The position numbers were made by a program, and so were the translations under genes. This document shows, in pieces, positions 59,418 through 64,000 of a DNA stretch of 64,000 nt. How positions within the stretch are numbered: the stretch's first letter is position 1; every line of letters begins with the position of its first letter. Source of the stretch: Thermoproteota archaeon (GTDB lineage Archaea; Korarchaeota; Korarchaeia; Korarchaeales; JAOZGB01); assembly GCA_037917685.1 (NCBI GenBank), contig JAVCBU010000011.1, forward strand, positions 32,001 to 96,000. Reading direction: 5' to 3'. The notes below the pieces were generated by a model, which worked only from the letters and a program-made list of their open reading frames with translations, had not been told where the DNA came from and did not search any database.

Positions 59418-60368
59418 CTAGCTGGGCTGAGGTTCAAGCCCTACATCTACAATCCTTTTAACACCGTTCCTATATATCTCAAGCCTTAGAGTCTCACCAG
59501 CCTTCCTAAGTTTAACCATTGACTGCAGATCTTCAGCAGAGTTCAGAGGCTCTCCATCAACCCGTGTTATTATATCACCCTCCCTTAACCCTGCCTTTGA
59601 AGCTGGGCTCCCGGGGAAAACTCTCGAAACCAGCACACCCCTACTCACATGTAGGCCGTAGTAGCGGCTCATCTCCGGTTTAACCGTGATCCCGGCAAGC
59701 CCTAGCCATGAAGTTATATGCTTCCCATATTTTACAATATCACCTGCGCACCTGACAGCGTCTTCAGATGGGATTGCAAAGCCAATGCCATGCGCAAACG
59801 GTATCAAGGCTGTATTAACGCCGACAACCTTTCCGTCAAGATTTATCAGGGGGCCTCCGCTGTTCCCGGGGTTTATGGCTGCATCCGTCTGTATTAGCCC
59901 CCTCATTATGCCATACTCCGTCTTGATTGACCTTCCGAGAGCGCTGACTACGCCTAGGGTTACGGTTGGCCCCCCTGTTAGCCCGTAAGGGTTGCCGACC
60001 GCCAGTACTATCATCCCAACCTTTAATCTACTGGTGTCGTCGAAGTCAGCAGGATGAAGCCTTTCCCTTTCAACCTTGATAACCGCAATATCATGTATTT
60101 TACAGCTTCCTACGAGCCTACCCTTAGATACAGATCCATCTGTGAATGTGACAGTTATATCTCTAGCCCCATATACTACATGAGTGTTTGTAAGAATGTA
60201 ACCATCATCACTAAGCACTATACCCGACCCGACGCCTTTCACAGGTATAGGAGCAAATAGAAGGCCATAGTAGAGCCTAACAGTACTAACACTTACCACT
60301 GAGGGTTTTATTTTTGCAACAGCAGATACGATAGCATCCTGGTCCAACACGGGATGATATAGCCACAC
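59418..60368 (-). CDS. HtrA/DegP-like serine protease with PDZ domain
   Basis: GSG, LTNTHVV, DIAV, QTDAAINPGNSGGPL, C-terminal PDZ (GSPASKAGL..GD). Confidence 0.93.
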   Translation of the reverse strand: MWLYHPVLDQDAIVSAVAKIKPSVVSVSTVRLYYGLLFAPIPVKGVGSGIVLSDDGYILTNTHVVYGARDITVTFTDGSVSKGRLVGSCKIHDIAVIKVERERLHPADFDDTSRLKVGMIVLAVGNPYGLTGGPTVTLGVVSALGRSIKTEYGIMRGLIQTDAAINPGNSGGPLINLDGKVVGVNTALIPFAHGIGFAIPSEDAVRCAGDIVKYGKHITSWLGLAGITVKPEMSRYYGLHVSRGVLVSRVFPGSPASKAGLREGDIITRVDGEPLNSAEDLQSMVKLRKAGETLRLEIYRNGVKRIVDVGLEPQPS

Positions 60369-60381
60369 TTACCATATAAAG

Positions 60382-60969
60382 CTAGGAGTGTGTAAGCCTG
60401 TCTATATCTTTCAGATCTTCAGGACTGTCGATGTCAAGTAGACATGCAGGCTCTGTCTCGACAATCAGCACTTCACTCCTATGCCGTGAGACAACAGACT
60501 TCAACCCGAACGTCTCTTCTCTTATCTCTAATATTTCAGGTATGAGTATGCTACCAAATAGTATTGGATGGCCAGGCCTGCCTTTATATCCGGCAACCAC
60601 TATTGGCTTCCCAGTTGCATTATATGATTTTACAACCTTATCTATTGTATCTACTGTGATGAACGGAACGTCAGCCGGGTGGATAATCACAGCATCTGAT
60701 TCCAGGGCTCTTTCAACCCCTATCCGTACTGAGATGCTCATCCCCTCTTCGTATCTCTCGTTAAGTACGGCTTCAACATTCATTCCCTTGATCACGGCTA
60801 GAATTTCTTGAGCCTGCCATCCAACAACGACTATAACCCTGTCAACCTTTGAATCGTTAAATATTGATAAGACCCTTTCTATAATTGTCTTTCCACCTAT
60901 CTTTACCAACAGTTTGTTGCCTGGAAACCTCGTCGACTTTCCGGCGGCAAGTATCACAGCAGATATCAT
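60382..60969 (-). CDS. mocA: Molybdenum cofactor cytidylyltransferase (MocA-like nucleotidyltransferase)
   Basis: ILAAGKSTRF..NKLL, GMSIS, ADVP, GHPILF, DIDSPED; divergent from an XDH large subunit. Confidence 0.85.
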   Translation of the reverse strand: MISAVILAAGKSTRFPGNKLLVKIGGKTIIERVLSIFNDSKVDRVIVVVGWQAQEILAVIKGMNVEAVLNERYEEGMSISVRIGVERALESDAVIIHPADVPFITVDTIDKVVKSYNATGKPIVVAGYKGRPGHPILFGSILIPEILEIREETFGLKSVVSRHRSEVLIVETEPACLLDIDSPEDLKDIDRLTHS

Positions 60970-61031
60970 GGACGCAGCCCCTAATACTGGAACCCGATAT
61001 ATTTATATTAGCCTTTTGGATTCTACTCACA

Positions 61032-63407
61032 ATGAGCTTTAAGTATATCGGTAAACCAATGTCAAGGATAGACGGCTGGGAAAAGGCTGGAGGGACAGCC
61101 ATATACGCATTTGACATTGAGCTCCCGGGGATGCTGTATGCAAAGCTTGTTAGAAGCCCCTACCCACATGCGAGGATAGTGGAGGTCGACGGCGGGGATG
61201 CTGAAAGGCAGCCGGGGGTTGTAAGAGTAGTCTTTGGAAGGGATGTTCCCTACAAGCTTGGAATATATGTGGGTGACAGGGATGTACTTGCAAGAGAGAA
61301 AGCCTTGTGGTCAGGCCATCCTGTGGCCGCTGTAGTCGCAGAGTCGCTTGAAGCTGCTGAAAAAGCTGCTGAGCTTGTAAAGGTTAAATATGAACCCTTG
61401 GACCCCGTGCTTGACCCCCTGGAAGCCTTGAAGCCTGGCGCTCCAATAGTTCATGAAAGGCTGGGGGAGTATAGGAGACTTCCAGTCTTCAAACCCATAC
61501 CTGGGACCAATATTGCTAATATCTTCAGGCTTGTCAGAGGAAACATTGAAAGGGGGCTCGAACAAGCTGACCTGGTTGTTGAAAACGAGTTTTCAATGCC
61601 AATGGTAAGCCACGTATACATGGAACCCATGACGGTGGTTGCACACTATAGGCGTGATGGCCAGGTCGAGGTGTGGACAAGCGCACAATCACCCTTCACA
61701 GTAAGATACCTTACAAGCGTTTCCCTAGGGATACCTCTCCAGAATATTAGGGTTCACGTCCCCTACGTAGGCGGGGGCTTCGGCGGCAAGGCGGGGCTTA
61801 ACTTCGAGCCTCTCGTCATACTTTTGTCCAAGCTTTCAGGTTACAGACCCGTAAAGCTCTCCCTCTCAAGGGAGGAGAACTTCACATCTGCAGCTGTCAG
61901 GGTTGGCCTACATGCAAGGATAAAAACAGGAGTCTCGGGTGACGGCGTGATAACAGCTGAGGAAATAAGGTATGTCTTCGACGCAGGCGCATATGCTGAC
62001 TACGCGGTAAACGTGGGTAGAGCAGCGGGCTACGCCGGGGTAGGCCCCTATGAGATCCCGAACGTCAAGGTTGAATCCTACACCGTCTACACCAATAAGA
62101 CCTATGCTACTGCGTTTAGGGGGTTCGGCCACATGGAACTCCACTGGTGTGTGGAGAGACAGATGGACATTGTCGCCAGGAAGCTTGGGATGGATCCTGT
62201 GGAGTTTAGGCTTAAGAACCTTCACAAGCCTGGCAAGTCGATAACGGCGACAGGGGTTAGAGTTAGAGAGGATGCTGGGAGGCCTGACAAATGCCTCAAA
62301 GCCGTCGCTGAAGCCTTAGGCTGGGGGAGGACCCTTGGGAGGCAGGTTAGCCCATGGAAGTATAGGGGTGTAGGGCTTGCGATGTTTATGAAGGGGCCCG
62401 CCCAGCCTCCCAGCAGCGCTGCCTCGGCCATTATAAGATTTAACGAGGACGGTTCAGCCACCTTGCATGTTGGGACAACAGAGATAGGCCAGGGTACTCT
62501 CACGGCTTTGGCCCAGCTTGCCGCTGAGGAGCTTGGAATACCGTTTGAGATGGTTAAGGTTTCAACCGTGAAGGATACCTTGTTTACATCCTATACCTGG
62601 CAGACGGTTGGAAGCAGAAGCTTGTTCATGGATGGAAATGCTGTGATAATGGCCGCCAGGGATGCTAGGAGACAGATCTTGGAGAGAGCGGCAAAGGTTT
62701 TTAGGGCTGAACCCTCAGATCTTGAAATTGTTGAGGGTGTGGTTAGAGTTAGGGGGAAGCCTTGGATGAGCGTGGCTGTTAAGGACCTAGCCATGGGCTA
62801 CACCTATCCTGACGGGACATCTATAGGCGGCCCCGTAATTGGAAGGGGCTGGTATATTGCAAGGCATATGACAAATCTTGACCCTGAGACCGGGCAGGGA
62901 AGCCCGACCATTTTTGAAACGTATGGATGCCAGGGCGTTGAGGTTGAGGTTGACATCCTTACAGGGGAGGTTAGGGTTCTCCGGGTTGTCTCAGCCTTCG
63001 ATATCGGAAAGGCTGTGAATCCTCTGCTTGTAGAGGGCCAGATAGTTGGGGGTAGTGTCATGGCTATGAGTATAGCCTTAATGGAGGAGTTAAAATATGG
63101 CGAGGGGAGGATGCTAAACCCAAACCTCACAGACTACAAGGTTGCTAGGGCGGGGGACATACCCTGGGAGTTCAAATCAATAATTGTCGAGACTCCCCAG
63201 CTTGACGGTCCCTGCGGGGCCAGGGGTATAGGGGAGCTTACGATGATAGGTGTTCCAGCCGCAATAGGCAATGCAATTTACAATGCTATAGGAGTTGAGA
63301 TCAGAAGTATGCCCCTGTCCGGCGAGCATCTATGGAGGGAGATTCAAAGGCAGAAACCTAGTCTTCTACGTGAGGCTTTAGATAAGCTGGGGGTGAGCGG
63401 TGAATGA
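61032..63407 (+). CDS. Xanthine dehydrogenase family molybdopterin-binding large subunit, second paralog
   Basis: Start MSFKYIGK at ATG 61032 (the track's 60885 start overlaps mocA); QSPF, GGGFGGK, AFRGFG, TVGSRS, RGIGE. Confidence 0.93.
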   Translation: MSFKYIGKPMSRIDGWEKAGGTAIYAFDIELPGMLYAKLVRSPYPHARIVEVDGGDAERQPGVVRVVFGRDVPYKLGIYVGDRDVLAREKALWSGHPVAAVVAESLEAAEKAAELVKVKYEPLDPVLDPLEALKPGAPIVHERLGEYRRLPVFKPIPGTNIANIFRLVRGNIERGLEQADLVVENEFSMPMVSHVYMEPMTVVAHYRRDGQVEVWTSAQSPFTVRYLTSVSLGIPLQNIRVHVPYVGGGFGGKAGLNFEPLVILLSKLSGYRPVKLSLSREENFTSAAVRVGLHARIKTGVSGDGVITAEEIRYVFDAGAYADYAVNVGRAAGYAGVGPYEIPNVKVESYTVYTNKTYATAFRGFGHMELHWCVERQMDIVARKLGMDPVEFRLKNLHKPGKSITATGVRVREDAGRPDKCLKAVAEALGWGRTLGRQVSPWKYRGVGLAMFMKGPAQPPSSAASAIIRFNEDGSATLHVGTTEIGQGTLTALAQLAAEELGIPFEMVKVSTVKDTLFTSYTWQTVGSRSLFMDGNAVIMAARDARRQILERAAKVFRAEPSDLEIVEGVVRVRGKPWMSVAVKDLAMGYTYPDGTSIGGPVIGRGWYIARHMTNLDPETGQGSPTIFETYGCQGVEVEVDILTGEVRVLRVVSAFDIGKAVNPLLVEGQIVGGSVMAMSIALMEELKYGEGRMLNPNLTDYKVARAGDIPWEFKSIIVETPQLDGPCGARGIGELTMIGVPAAIGNAIYNAIGVEIRSMPLSGEHLWREIQRQKPSLLREALDKLGVSGE

Positions 63408-64000
63408 TTAGCCTTCCATCCCTGTCATATCATAGGCCTAGAACCATCGAGGAGGCTGTAAGCCTCCTCAAGATGTACCGTGGGGAGGCGAGGGTTCTGG
63501 CTGGTGGAACAGACCTAATAGTTGACCTCCGTGCTAGGGCTAAGACGCCGAAACATGTGGTGGATATAAAGGGGATTCCAGAGCTGAATAGGATAACTCA
63601 CTTTGACGATGCTGTTGAGGTGGGGTCTGCCGTAACCCTGGCTGAGATACTTAGAGACGAGCGGATGATTATGTACCAGCCATTGTACACTGCTGTCGGG
63701 ATGATTGCAGACAGGATAATAAGGTTTAGAGCCACCCTCGCCGGTAACATATGTAACGCATCGCCCGCGGCGGATTCGGCTCCAGCTCTCCTGGTAATGG
63801 GGGCTGAGGTTAAAGTTGTAGGCCCAGCTGGGAGGAGAATTATTCCAATCTCAGAGTTCTTCACAGGTGTTAAGAGGACAGACCTTGAACCGGATGAGCT
63901 TGTGGAATCGATAAGGATACCGAAACCTCCCAGCAATGCCAGGTCTGGCTTCGTGAAGTTTGGAAGAAACATTGAGGACCTTGCAATAGTCAATGCTGCA
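63404..64000 (+). CDS. XDH family FAD-binding medium subunit (partial, runs off the window)
   Basis: Not in the ORF track. ATG 63404 gives MISLPSLSYHRPRTIEEA..VLAGGTDL..RATLAGNICNASPAAD. Confidence 0.9.
   Translation, partial: MISLPSLSYHRPRTIEEAVSLLKMYRGEARVLAGGTDLIVDLRARAKTPKHVVDIKGIPELNRITHFDDAVEVGSAVTLAEILRDERMIMYQPLYTAVGMIADRIIRFRATLAGNICNASPAADSAPALLVMGAEVKVVGPAGRRIIPISEFFTGVKRTDLEPDELVESIRIPKPPSNARSGFVKFGRNIEDLAIVNAA

Noticed and set aside
60885-61031. N-terminal extension of the second XDH large subunit in the ORF track
   Set aside because: It overlaps mocA on the opposite strand; family-like sequence begins at ATG 61032.
1-64000. Many 60-170 aa antisense ORFs in the track; tRNA, rRNA, transposase or integrase genes
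   Set aside because: The antisense ORFs shadow well-supported genes and lack motifs. No tRNA/rRNA signature or transposase/integrase motif was seen by eye; a covariance-model scan would be needed to exclude small RNAs.

Overview
Archaeal chromosomal DNA of roughly mid-range GC. Deoxyhypusine synthase, tungsten AORs, an archaeal-type aconitase X, GvpD/KaiC-like ATPases, TATA-like promoters and GGTG/GGAGG ribosome-binding sites point to an anaerobic, probably thermophilic archaeon; the lineage cannot be fixed from sequence alone. The window is dominated by N-heterocycle (purine/pyrimidine-type) catabolic genes. The main locus is a tightly coupled minus-strand operon (4272-12846): SsnA-like amidohydrolase, ferredoxin, AOR, PreA/DHOD-like flavoprotein with a rewired active site, ferredoxin, AOR and cyclic amidohydrolase. 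Next to it lie an ECF transporter and a divergent ureohydrolase. Elsewhere are an M20 deacylase and class III aminotransferase followed by a xanthine-dehydrogenase-family trimer, a second XDH-family locus with MocA, and a DUF2877 gene. Also present: an MNT-HEPN pair, a PadR-ABC exporter operon with a tandem operator, a decayed duplication of a GMC oxidoreductase/membrane-protein module, a GH3 plus B12-radical SAM pair, a fused aconitase X, two GvpD/KaiC-like ATPases, a PPP phosphatase, HypB/Mrp, and a Na+-pumping carboxylase/decarboxylase operon whose alpha and beta genes are broken. I saw no rRNA, tRNA, CRISPR array or transposase. All family calls come from motifs read by eye; no database was searched.
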